Source: Utricularia gibba
Taxonomy: Eukaryota > Plantae > Magnoliophyta
DNA: 64,000 bases
Direction: 5' to 3'
Assembly: GCA_002189035.1 (NCBI GenBank)
Contig: NEEC01000013.1
Span: forward strand, 2,046,001 to 2,110,000
Every line of letters starts with the position of its first letter. Position 1 is the first letter of the stretch. Under the pieces are notes generated by a model, which saw only the letters and a program-made list of their open reading frames with translations, had not been told where the DNA came from and ran no database searches. Shown in pieces: positions 1 to 13,007 of this stretch. A program made the translations under genes and the position numbers.

Positions 1-1667
1 ATTGGATGTCACGGTCATGTTTTTTATTTTTTAGAATTGCACAGCAGTATTAGTTAAAAAAATACAAGGGGTCTATAACTTTGTTATTAACATTTGTCAT
101 ATGATTTACTTTAGGTTCGGGATAGAGGTTTGTGGTTGGCATCTTGTGAAGATGTTCCAAAGTATCGAAGATCTGTAATTTCCCCTAGCATGTTTCCCTC
201 TGGCAAGGCATACGAAGAGACTATTAACAATGAACTTGAAACTGAATCAAGGCAATCTTGTGGCGTAGCTGATGAGATTCCTGGCGAGGACCATGTTCCT
301 TTAAAGAAAAATTTGGACGCAGAAGTATCAGATCTACCCTTGGAGCGCTGCATGAGAATTGTGCCCCATGATCAAAATTCTGGAGCCTTTTTTGTTGCTG
401 TATTTCAGAAGGTTTCCTCAGTATCTGGTACTTTCAGTCATCATCTTTTAAGTTTTCCAGGAACATCATTGTTTTCTAATAAAATAGTTCCCTTCGTAGC
501 CTATATATTGCCTATTCTTTTCGTTGCTAAATATGCATATTTCTCAGATTCAGCTGTTACTCAGAAGGCACCTACTCATCCTCAAATGGAGAATGTGATA
601 GAGAAATCAAGTTCTGAAGTTGTTGAATCAAATCTTCAAGACGATGATAATGATGCTGAAATGAATGGAGATGCATTGGATGGTGAACAGAGTGACTTAG
701 AAGAAAATGGGAAGAATGAACTTGAAGAAAATGGAAGAGATGAGCCTGAACCTTCACTAGATGTGAAGACTGATGGCAAATCCGTTGCAGGAAAGAGGAA
801 ACTGCAGATTCAGGGAAGATGGAGAGGAGTGGACCCTGTCATATTCTACAAGGATGAAAAAGTTGTGAACACTATCTCTGAGTTTTACGGCATACAGGAA
901 TCCTTTCCATTCAAGGGCCACCTTATCACTAGAAACAATGACTCAAACCATGTCAAGAGGATTTATTACATATCAAGTTCAGTGAAAGATGTTCTTGAAC
1001 TGAACTTTCTGGCTAACCAACAGCTTAAGATTGCTTCAGTTGGCCTCAAGATGTTTGTAAGTCTCACTCAAGAACCTTTCTCAAGATGTTTGAATGAATA
1101 TTCTCATATCCAGGTTATTGTCTATCAACAGGAACGGCAAACATCACGAGAGGGAACATCCACACCCTGCATGTTCCGAATATCCTCTGAAGGACTGCCA
1201 CTGATCCTTCCGCACATGACAAAACAAATTCTATATGCTCAAGCCGTAGATTTTAAACATCTTTTGAAGTATAAAAGCATCAAGTTTCCAGATTTAGTGG
1301 ATCCCAAGTTGCGGGAGGGAGCTACCAACCTAATGCTAGGATGCTGTGTGGTGGTTTTAACCAAAGGTGTGTGAAAATGTCTCTTATCTCATATGCTACT
1401 TGTCTCCTACCCACCCAGAGAATGACTGCTTGTTCTCATATCAATGCAGAGAGCAGCACCTCCTCACATTCTTCCCAAGACACTGACGCACCACCACCCA
1501 TTGCTGTTGGCTGTTGGAGGGGCAGAAATAGTGTGTCCGTGATGGTGAATGCAACAGATTGTCAAGAACTTTTGGAGCGGGTGTCTCTGCTCGTCTCCGC
1601 CGACAGAGACTTACCCATTGCGGAGGCGCCTGAAGATGGAAATCCCGATGGGCCGGAAGCTGAGTAA
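1..1667 (+). CDS. TRM4: tRNA/RNA cytosine-C5 methyltransferase NSUN2/TRM4-like, 3' part (gene starts upstream of the window)
   Basis: ORF 130-1374 has CMRIVPHDQNSGAFFVAVFQK and GRWRGVDPVIFY...LITRN...KRIYYIS...GLKMF/ERQ motifs of plant TRM4. In-frame 75-nt GT-AG intron at 1057-1131. Last exon (AVGCWRGRNSVSVMV) ends at TAA 1667. Confidence 0.88.
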
Positions 1668-2094
1668 GCCGTCGCCGGCACGTCTTATTCAATGGCTCGT
1701 ATCTGCCTGAGCAAACTGTATGGGAATCGCACTGGGAGCTTGAACCAGATTTTTGGCGAATAAACAGATAAATTAAATACTATTTTTTTTTTAGGAAATA
1801 AATGGAAATTTAATAGACGATTTTCCGTACACTGCAATTTGCGTATGGCGACTAATTTTATTAAATTTCTTTTTTATTATTTAAATTAGAATTATTTTCG
1901 GTGTGGAATGGGAAGGAAGGAAACCATCTTCTGTATTTTATTTTCGGCTCAATTGGTGTCGAAGGATCAAACCCTAGGTATCGGAAATTGGGTTCACTCA
2001 GGCGAATGATTTTGTTGGAGAATCTGATATACATGCGGACAGGAGCGCGGTGGCGAGAGAGGGAGAGAGTGATCGGATGAAGTGACGGTTAAGT

Positions 2095-4263
2095 ATGGGT
2101 GCGACGGGTTCGAAGCTGGAGAAAGCGTTGGGCGACCAATTTCCGGAGGGCGAGCGCTACTTTGGACTAGAGAATTTTGGAAACACGTGTTACTGCAACA
2201 GCGTTCTTCAGGTTTTCTTGATTGTTGAGTTATTTTGGATTATGTTGTTGGCACCGATCTTGCTCCTTTAATTCCCATCTGCTTGGGCGTATCTTGACTA
2301 GCACGAGAGGGATTTTGCTTCCATATGTAATGGCTATTTATTCATGCTTAATAGCTGATCGCCAAAGGGTGTCTTTTTCCAGAATTTTGGAGTTTATGAA
2401 GTTCCGTTAATGTCATTCTCGGTTACATGATAGTTTCACAAATTAATGCTAATGAGTATATGGGTAGCTAGATAGTGGTTTTGGTAAAATGTGTTACCTG
2501 ATAGCCCTGCTCGTCATATCTAGATAGTGGTTTTCTGGCACCTTATTGTTCTGGTCTGTTTGTATTCTTCCCTGAAATTAGTTGTATTCATCGACTTTTT
2601 TGTACCTTGGATGCGAATTATTTTCATTATTGTATTCTTATCGAATTCAACATTGTTCCTCCTCTTGATGCTTGTTCCTCTTTTAATCTTCTTATTTCCA
2701 AAATAACAATGAAAGACTTCTCTGTTAAATTGAGATAATAACATTAAAATTTTCTACCTTTTTAAGGCACTATATTTCTGCGTTCCATTTCGGGAACAGT
2801 TGCTGGAGTACTATTCAACTAACAAGGGTCCTAGTGACGCAGAAGAAAACCTGTTAGCATGCTTAGCAGACTTGTTTTTGCAGGTATTTTTTTGTTGAAT
2901 AATACGTTTTTTAAGGTACCAACCTATGAAGTGAGAGCATTCTCTAGCCTGTGTATTTACCCACGGCTGTTTGTGAACATTCGTTGCCTGGTTATTGGTG
3001 TATTTATTCCTGATTTTTTTGTAGATTAGTACACAGAAGAAGAAAACTGGTGTTCTTGCTCCAAAACGTTTTGTACAGCGCCTGAGGAAGCAAAATGAGA
3101 TTTTTCGCAGTTACATGCACCAGGTTTGCCATTGATCCTACTGAAGAAACATATTTTAACGCACTTCGTGAATTCTGTCTTTGCATCTGTCTGGAAGAGG
3201 CATCCGTGCTGTTTTTAGCTAGTAGATCTCCAGTGATTTTATTTCTTTTTAAAAGCGTAATGTGTTGAGATATTTGCAGGATGCTCACGAGTTCTTGAAT
3301 TACTTACTGAATGAGCTTGTCGACATAGTGGAGAAAGAAGCTGGAGCTGTCAAGAGTGATCAAGAAACTTCTCAAAATATTGCCAATGGGCCGAAAAATG
3401 GAATATCCAATGGCCATCATAAGGAGCCCCTTATTACCTGGGTGCACAAGAGTTTCCAGGTGAGTTGGGTTAGCCAGTTTGCATTTCTACTTGGCATTTT
3501 TTAAATTGGCTGTCGTTTTTGTCATTTCACTTGCATATTTATCATGTTGCGCAGGGATTATTGACAAATGAAACAAGATGCTTGTGCTGTGAAACAGTGA
3601 CAGCACGAGACGAAACATTTCTTGACTTGAGCCTCGATATTGAGCAAAATAGTTCAATTACCAGTTGTCTTAAAAACTTCAGCTCCACTGAAACATTGAA
3701 TGCTGAGGACAAATTCTTCTGTGACAAATGCTGCAGGTGAGTCTTGTTTCAGTTGCATTAGGATGTTATTTTGTCATATAAGCTGTGCCAATCTTGTCTT
3801 TATTAGACTGAAATCACTTGCAAGTTCACAGAGAGTGAGAACTATTGTTGAACCCAGCTTGCAGGAGGCCCAAAAGAGAATGAAGATCAAAAGGCCACCC
3901 CAAATCCTGGTCATACATTTGAAACGATTCAAGTACATAGAACAGCTGGGGCGCTATAAGAAACTCTCCTACCGTGTTGTATTTCCTATGGAGCTAAAAC
4001 TCAGTAACACAGTTGAAGATGCGGATGCTGAGTACTCCTTGTTTGCTGTTGTTGTCCATGTGGGAAGCGGACCCAACCATGGTCACTACGTCAGCCTTGT
4101 AAAGAGCCACAACCACTGGTTATTTTTTGATGACGAAAACGTTGAGATGATTGACGAATCAGCCGTTCAAACATTCTTTGGGTCATCCCAGGAGTACTCC
4201 AGTAACACAGATCATGGCTACATCTTGCTCTACGAAAGGCTTGTTGCCAGTACCAGCTCATGA
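2095..4263 (+). CDS. UBP3/UBP4: Ubiquitin-specific protease UBP3/UBP4 (USP12/46 family), 6 exons
   Basis: [39 protein letters not shown] (Cys box) from ATG 2095; [12 protein letters not shown]; [13 protein letters not shown] (His box); WLFFDD. GT-AG exons approx. 2095-2211, 2767-2883, 3026-3123, 3281-3459, 3556-3736, 3858-4263. Confidence 0.96.
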
Positions 4264-4695
4264 GAGGAGGAAGCCTAGCCACCCCATTGTCAGCCTAATT
4301 TTGAGGAATCTTGCTCCATCACTATACTCTTTTTTTCTTTCCTCCACTGCAAGTGCACCTTTTCAAGTGGTTCTTTCTTTTAAATGCGTATGTGGAGAGA
4401 TTTGATGCATTCAAGCTCTGTTCTTTAGAAACATTGTATAGTGAAAGATGCTGCTTCGGTTTCAAATAAAGAGGGAAGATTGATATTGTGTAACTGCTTG
4501 GAGGCGTGGTTTTGTATATTTTTCCTCAATGTTTTTGCAATCTGTTGTCGACTCAAACCAGTCACAAGGGAACTTCATCTGCACCAATGTCATCATAAAA
4601 CAAAGATCTATTTTTTAAGTTAGAAGGAAACTTCAAAACAAGTGTCCATTTTCTTATCCTCCTCCTCGTTGCTTTGCTTTTCTCCCTGGCTGCGT

Positions 4696-5841
<1,146 letters not shown>

Positions 5842-6270
5842 TTAGATCTGGATCGATGATGGTTTCCTATACAGAGAAGAATGCTTCAGTTCCATGCAAA
5901 TATTGAGTATTGTAATCTTTCAATAAATTGTAAGATTAATAATTTTACTATAAATATGAAAAGTTAAACCAAATATTCCTGCTCCTCTTCCATTCTGAAG
6001 CAGAGGACTTGATGTGCTCTCTCATGATGAAGGATGTCACCGATAAGCAGCCATTAAAGGAGTGCTGTCAAAATATAAAGCATTTGGGGACAAAAGCCTG
6101 TTTCTTCCTGTTTGTGGTGCACAAGCTAATAGAATACAGATTTATTTCGTTTACGGCAATATGCATTCAACAAGCATCCACCATAGGCAAGGCAAATGCT
6201 AGAAAAACAAACACGAGAGTATTCAGTCATTCAGCCGGAACGAAACAAAGCCTAGAGAGTGGCTGCAATA

Positions 6271-6786
6271 TCACTTCTTCTTCGGGCTCTTTCCAGGCTT
6301 GCTTCGCGCATGGACCTCCTTCCTGTGGGTACGACGGGGCTTAAGTTCTCCCAGCTTATGTCCCACCATATTCTCGATAATACGAAAAGGAACATGCTTT
6401 CTTCCATCATAGACAGCGATTTGAAGCCCAACCATATCAGGGATGATTGTCGAACCCCTCGACCATGTCTTGATCAATTCCTTCCTCCCAGTAGACTTGA
6501 GTTCCTTGATTTTCTTGATCAAGTGGTTAGCCACGAAAGGAAGTCTCCAGCTCGTGCCACCACCACGGAGGCGGAGGAGAAGGTGAAGAGTCGATTCCTT
6601 CTGAATGTTGTAATCAGACAACGTCCTCCCGTGCTCCAGCTGCTTCCCAGCGAAGATCAGCCTCTGTTGGTCCGTCGGAATTCCTTCTTTGTCCTGAATC
6701 ATCAGCTTCGCATTGTCGACCGTATCCGAGCTTTCGACTTCCAGGGTAATTGTTTTTTCCCTCAGGGTTTTCACATAGATTTGCAT
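6271..6786 (-). CDS. Ubiquitin-ribosomal protein uS19 (plastid/bacterial-type) fusion protein
   Basis: 6786-6559 encodes a 76-aa ubiquitin ending LRLRGG. 6558-6271 encodes [17 protein letters not shown]...[27 protein letters not shown]...MVGHKLGE, the uS19 signature with the land-plant plastid-like PFVANHL. One uninterrupted ORF. Confidence 0.9.
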   Translation of the reverse strand: MQIYVKTLREKTITLEVESSDTVDNAKLMIQDKEGIPTDQQRLIFAGKQLEHGRTLSDYNIQKESTLHLLLRLRGGGTSWRLPFVANHLIKKIKELKSTGRKELIKTWSRGSTIIPDMVGLQIAVYDGRKHVPFRIIENMVGHKLGELKPRRTHRKEVHARSKPGKSPKKK

Positions 6787-7304
6787 TCTTTTCTCCTTGG
6801 CAAGGCAACCGAACTGCGTTGCTTTTGTAATCCCTCTTATTTTCTGCGTAGGCCTTGTCTCCTATGGAGATTTGAGCCTGTGCCCAGCTCCCATACCACG
6901 AGTTTCACTGTAATCAGAAATCAACCACGCTAAACACAACCAGTCCAAGATACAAAAAGGGCATTGAATATACTAGAAGCAGATACAAAAAAAAAAAAAA
7001 GCAAACATTCAGAAGACCGGCGAGCAGGCGAAGGATTTCAAGGTGAGATAGCAACAAGCTACTGCCTATCGATCCAGAAAAACAACGACTCAACACCCTT
7101 TTGTGGCGAAATCTCCAAATACTCGATCGCGAAGATGTAATTTCCCGAGAAAACCACAAACAAGCAACATTTATCTCATAAAATCAAGCGAAACCATAAG
7201 AAAACAGAAAATCAAACATACCCCACGGCGGAACGGAGATGACTCAACGGGGAGGATCAGCCGCCGACTCCACATACAAAGCTCTGCATTTCTAACAGAA
7301 GGCA

Positions 7305-7440
7305 ATTTATAGTACAGATATTTGGGCGGATTAGTCATTCACTTGCGGAAGCCCGAACACAGGCCCAATAAATTGGCGAAAGCCCATGAACTATTCAATC
7401 TCGGGAAGCCCGAAGAAGAAGGCCCAACCAATTGACGAAA
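7305..7440 (-). promoter_or_regulatory. Promoter of the Ub-uS19 gene: TATA box plus duplicated site II (TGGGCY) elements
   Basis: Minus-strand TATAAAT at about 7305-7311. AGGCCCA/AGCCCA/GGCCCA motifs at about 7361, 7381 and 7420, within an imperfect duplication (GAAGCCCGAA...AGGCCCAA...AATTGnCGAAA twice). Confidence 0.6.
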
Positions 7441-8497
7441 ATGTCCCGGTAGTAACGGATTTTAATTCCCTCCTTTAAAGTGGATTTTTTTTGGCTTTCA
7501 AATCCGCGCAGACAACGAAAAAAAGATTCACCCACAAGTAAATCGAATACTAATCCGTTTTAAGGCACTAATTCCATCTCTAATTTTTCTTACATTTTTG
7601 GAACAGGACAATTACACCATGTAATAACATTCAATCTACTGTCCAAAGAGTGGCTCTCGGTCTTCCGGCGTCAGCATTGAATGTGTGTCGTCCCCTTCCC
7701 TGATTCAACCCGCCCTTCCATTATCTATCAGATTCTCAGATGTTCTGAGTTTCTTTTTACGAGACACGACAATCCTCACTTGTCCACATCCAATACTCGG
7801 GATGGTGTAGATCGTGTGGGGGTTGGCTTACACCGGAATGGGTAGGTTTCCTGCACTTCTGCTTTCTGTTTATTAATCATCCAGGTCCCCGGATCTCCGT
7901 CACGGCGGCGACAACCTCCTGCCTGAAAAAACGCATTTATTCCATGTACTGTAGACGTTTCCTGATCGATTTCCTTGAAACCAAATCAGTGTTGGGTTTC
8001 GCACCCCCGAGACTGAGCGAATGCCTCTTTGCATGCTGAGAAGCTACGGAACTCGTTCCCGAAGGGGCAAAACCAGACTGAATCTCTGCCAGGATGGAGT
8101 AGGGCATTACTGGACTGGCAGCCATGTCATCGTCTGGATGAGATCGCCCGCATGTCCGGTGGTGTTCATGAAAGCCTCCTCCTACATTTAAGTTGTACTC
8201 ACCTACCACAAGGAAGCCGCCTTTGCGACTTAGAATTAATTGAGCAGGAAAAGGTCAAAAACCGGCGACGCGAGGAAGCGGTTGCCGTTGTAGGGGAGTT
8301 GGCGTTTTTTTTTATCTTATCTTCTACCCCTTTAAGCTACGGTGATGCGATCTGTTCTCTTCCTCCATGGAAGTGCGCTGACTTGTTCCTTCTCTGGGTA
8401 TTCAGATAGCCTGGTTTTTGTGGCGGAGTTTGGTGGCGTTTATTGAGTGAATTTGGTGACGACGAGCTACATTGAATCAACAGAAGAGAAGCCTAGA

Positions 8498-8953
8498 CTA
8501 GACACAAGGATTACCCAGAAAACTGTACCACATTAAACAAAGCTCCTCCTCCTCATCGTCGGAATCTCCATCTCCAACGCCGTAAACCTCCACCTCCTCC
8601 GGCACCATACTCCGCCGGCAGAGAGGACACGTACACGCTTCCATGAGAAGCCACGTTTCCAGACACGATTTGTGGAACGTGTGGCCGCACTCCGTTTTCC
8701 TCAACTCATCGCCTCTTTCAAACCAAGACAAGCAAACCCCGCACTCCCGCGATTCCTCCCCCTCGTAAGTTCCGGAAGGAGCCCTCCGGTCGATGATGCT
8801 GAGCAGCTCGGCGGCGACTGTCGACCTCCGTCGCCGGTGGTGGTTTTTGGCCCCGCCGCGAATGAAGGCTACCAGCCGGAGGAAAAGAATAGAGATGAGT
8901 GCCAAGGTCTTGACGGCATAATAAAGGAATGATTGAGATGCTGAAGTGGCCAT
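8498..8953 (-). CDS. RING-H2 E3 ubiquitin ligase with N-terminal hydrophobic segment (XERICO/RHA-like)
   Basis: Intronless 151 aa: CGVC...CGHTFHKSCLETW...CPLCR (C3H2C3); N-terminal TM-like segment; acidic tail. Confidence 0.9.
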   Translation of the reverse strand: MATSASQSFLYYAVKTLALISILFLRLVAFIRGGAKNHHRRRRSTVAAELLSIIDRRAPSGTYEGEESRECGVCLSWFERGDELRKTECGHTFHKSCLETWLLMEACTCPLCRRSMVPEEVEVYGVGDGDSDDEEEELCLMWYSFLGNPCV

Positions 8954-9935
8954 TCAAGACGTCCAATCCGGAACCCCGCATTTCTATTTATAGTATCACC
9001 ATTTTTTTAGGGCCAATTAATAATTTATAATTAAAATATTTATTATTATTTTTTTAATTTATAGGTGGGGTAAATTTCCTCATGTCAAACATCATGATAC
9101 CTGTTAGATCTAGTTTCATATTATAAGAAAAAGTATTTTATATTAAAGTATTAGATATATATATATATATTAATTATATACTTGGTGAAAATGATATTTA
9201 ATATTATGAATTTAGTAACATAAGTTTATATATTAAATATGTAATTAATAATATGACGATAAAAATATATTATTAATTTTTATTTTTAAAATTTTTTTTA
9301 TCATCTACATGATAAAATAACCATTTTTAGATTAAAAAAATATCGTATTTTTAAAATTATTTATTTTAAATAATTTCACTCAAATTAAAAATGATTAATC
9401 AAACGTTTTTAAATAATCGAATATTTTTAAAATATTAGAAATTAGGAGGGGTACGATTGTCTTTTCTGTAGTTTGTTAAAATATGGAATGACTGTAAGAC
9501 TTGAGGGACATAAAGGTAAATCTATGGGCTCGCGGTTGATTATGAGGCGCCGAGGGTTGGGGATTCAAATTTGTGAGAACTTCACATGGCGGTCTCCGGC
9601 GGCTCCATCTGATTTCCCGCCGAGACAGTTTCAGCTTTCCATGACCCTCCAAGCATTTGAAGAAATTATGCGCTGAAACTTCAGTCATTCTGGTTCAATA
9701 AAAGGTTATTTTGCGAATCTCATGTCCCGCTTGAGGTTAGAGTGGCAGTATCTTTGATTCCTTGTTTAGGTTGCGATTCGTCCCCTATTTTTCCCATTTA
9801 CCGTTAGCAGGGGCTTGAAATCCTTGTTTAAAACTGGGGAATTTTTTAGGTTCAGATTCACCACGTTTCTCCAATTTTTTGAGATCTAGTTGTTTGTTTT
9901 CTTCCGATTCAAGAAGTTGTTTTTGTGTTTTGGTT

Positions 9936-11155
9936 ATGGCTGAAGGGGATTGGGCTAGAGAGACTAGTAGGCATAGGTTTGTTTTGGGTGATCTCACGAA
10001 TCAGATCGGTGAATGTCAGTCTGAGCGAAATGAGATTAAAAAATCCTCTGGGGTTTTTTTGATTGGTGTGAATGGCTACAAACGTCCTCGCATTTCACCG
10101 GCGATGAAGGGAGGAAGATTTAGTGAAAACAGGGACCCAAACATCCCTTTGGATGAAACTGGTGCTTCATCCTTGAATATCCACAAGATGAACAATTTTG
10201 CCGATCCAAGTACTGATAAAAGGGATCCTGGTGGTGATTGCTTTATGAAAATCTCCACAGAAACTGTTGGTTGCAGTAAGTTAGATTCATTGAAGGAGGA
10301 TGGGATGATAAGCGTGGAAGTGGTGAATGAGAATTGCCCAAGTAAATTTCAGCAAGATGAGACGGAGGGTGATTGTGAAGTCTTTATGAACCATTGTCAT
10401 GCTGTTGAGATTGAAAACCATGATACTGATATTAAGGTCTTGAGTCAGTCTGGATCCGTAGAATGCACCATTTTACATGACTCTCAGGAATCCAGAGTGA
10501 TTGCTTCAGACGTGCCTTATGCAAGGCACAAGAAGGTACATGAAGCCATCCCAGCAGATATCAAGTCTTGCTCTTGTTCCTTCTGCTCAAAAGGTACATC
10601 TTTTCTGTCAAGAAGTTAGAAAAGATGAATTCTGCTTTTTTATCTGTGACTAGATCTGATGAATGAAGGCATCTTTTTGTGATGCAGCTGCAATGATGTG
10701 GTTGGATATACAGCAACATGATATCAAGGTTCGAGCCTCAGGTCAGTATGTTGAGTTATTGAAACCAATGAGTTCTTATTTACCTGTATCATATTTTGAA
10801 CATGCCAGCAATCAAAAACAGCCAGAGAGAAGCAAGCGTACTAGCTATAAAGTTCAGTAACAAGGAGGCTGCAGTGAGGAGAGGTGATCTGATGACCTTG
10901 GAGATGGAAAAGCACTTGATGCATCAATGGAAATCCCTCTTTCAGCGCACCTCAGATGTATTGGAACAAGAAACCAAAGAGCTTGTAAGTAATAGTTGTT
11001 AGATTCTGCAAAACTGAATTTCTTGCTCGGTTAGTAGGCAAGAAACACGTATCATATGCACAATTTGAAATTTTCAGTGGTACGTATTTATGCAGGAAGC
11101 AAGTTTAGGCCCCCTAATTGAACTGAGGAACAGTTACAGAAGAACTAGGGGCTGA
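9936..11155 (+). CDS. Uncharacterised plant protein with N-terminal RxxLxxxxN motif and C-terminal CSCSFC / coiled region
   Basis: Exons approx. 9936-10594, 10686-10741, 10808-10984, 11096-11155 join in frame (CSCSFCSK-AAMMWLDIQQHDIKVRASA-IKNSQREAS...HQWKSLF...EASLGPLIELRN*). Confidence 0.75.
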
Positions 11156-11446
11156 CCGATACTCAGAGCTCCATTGTGGTTCATGTCTGCGAAGTTTATG
11201 CACCTCAACATCTGAATCATTTATAAACATCGATCCAGGAAAGAAGTGCTTACCACCAAGAATCAATTGTTTTCGAGGCAGAAATCATCCTTCTTTATGC
11301 ATTTCCTTAACATGGGAAACAAACGTTGTATTTGTTTAATTTTAATTCCAATAAGAACACTGAGGAAAAAATTTGGACATCCTTAGTCACTCAATTTCAA
11401 GACACATGAGGTATACAGCCTTTGTCACTTCCCAATCTTACAAGAA

Positions 11447-13007
11447 TTATGTCGCAGCAACGCTTGCAGCTTGCTTATTAGGACATGAAGAAGAAAGGTG
11501 ACCTTTCTGTCCACATTCATAGCATGTACGTCTTCGTATCTTTGAAGAACTAACAGTACTTGCTTCCTTGCTGGTTTCTTCATCTTTGGTAACTGTACTC
11601 ACCTGATCTTTGCGAACATCATCCACCTTATTCCCATTAACTTGATTATCCTTCTGCTGCAAAACGTCCCCTGCATCTCTATTGTTTGTTTGATGCTGCT
11701 GAGCATGAAAACCTATATTACCATCAGCTTGATTGTCCTTTGGCTTTGTAGCGGCACCCTTTTTTGGCACAGCACAGCTTATTTTAATAGGTCTCCCACA
11801 AACGGAGGTTTGGTCCAGCTTCAGAGCCATGCTGAAAGAAAGATCATCTGCGAAGTCGATATGTGCATACCCCTTGAAATCTCCTGTCTCTTTGTCCTGG
11901 CCAAGACGGATAGAAGTGATCTTGCAATCTGAGAAAGTCTTCCGCAGGTCGTCTTCTGTTATGTTCCAAGCCAAGTTTCCCACGTAGATCCTATAATAGC
12001 CTTGCACAGCGGCTGGTGAAAAGTTGGAGTCTTTGTTTCTTTTGGTCGACTTGTAAGGCTGGACATTCAGGAATAATCCTCCCCTGGAAAAAATAATGAT
12101 ATTCAGAAAACGAAAATGGAGAATTAAGTAGATGTGTGACATCAAAATGACTTACATGTCTGAACCATCAAACGCTAATGCCCTTCTAGCTGCTGCTTCT
12201 GTCTGCAAACGAAGACATCTTTTAGTGTGATCAACTATAGATCTCAGCTTATGCCTCAATGATTCTGTAAGAAAGCTTACCTTGAATGTGATAATGGCGA
12301 TGCCTCTGAACTTCCCACTATCTGGGAATCTCAAACAATCAACATGAGTAATGGAGCCACAGCTTGAAAAATAACTCCTAATATCGTCCTCCGTTGAGTA
12401 GTATGGAATCCCTCCAACATATACTTTTGTAGAAGGCTCTTGCTCTTTCCTAAAGTAACAAGCATCAAAGGTAAGGTGGAACATATAACTAAAACCAGAA
12501 TCAAACTTGTCAGTCAACTTACCTATCATCTCCCACCAGTGAATTTAAAATAAGCTGTTCTGAATCAATGGCACTCATTCCTTTATCCGTTTCCTCCTTA
12601 ATTTGTTTATTTTCAGTCTTATTCATAGTCTCCCCCTTTTTCTTAGGCCTCTTGTTTGGAACTTCTGGCTCTTCCACGTTTCCACTCTCTGAAGCACTAG
12701 GCAAGCCTCTTTTCCCTTTTGCCTTCTTAAGGTTCACCTGCGCCGAATTCACTTCTGCAACCAGTCTTTCATCCACATTGCTATCTACTTGTCGCTGATC
12801 ATTAGGGTCTAGATTATCAAGTTTTGCTTTCTGTCGATGTTTCTGTCTCTTGGACAACTTATGTTTTTGAGCCTCCAAATCCTGCAAAATTTTTAGAGAT
12901 TCCACTGTTTTTGGATTCTCAGAGGCTACACCATTCTGAGTCTCTATCAAAATTTGAGCTTTAGCCGCTCTCATCTTTTGCTTCAGCTTCTTATTTGACA
13001 AGACCAT
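11447..13007 (-). CDS. PHIP1: RRM-RRM-CCHC zinc-knuckle RNA-binding protein, PHIP1-like
   Basis: MVLSNKKLKQKMRA start; RNP motifs VYVGGIP/GKFRGIAIITF and IYVGNL/DFKGYAHIDF; CYECGQKGHLSSSC zinc knuckle. Confidence 0.88.

Noticed and set aside
6259-6933. 224-aa plus-strand ORF over the Ub-uS19 gene
   Set aside because: Antisense shadow of a conserved coding sequence; no recognisable domain.
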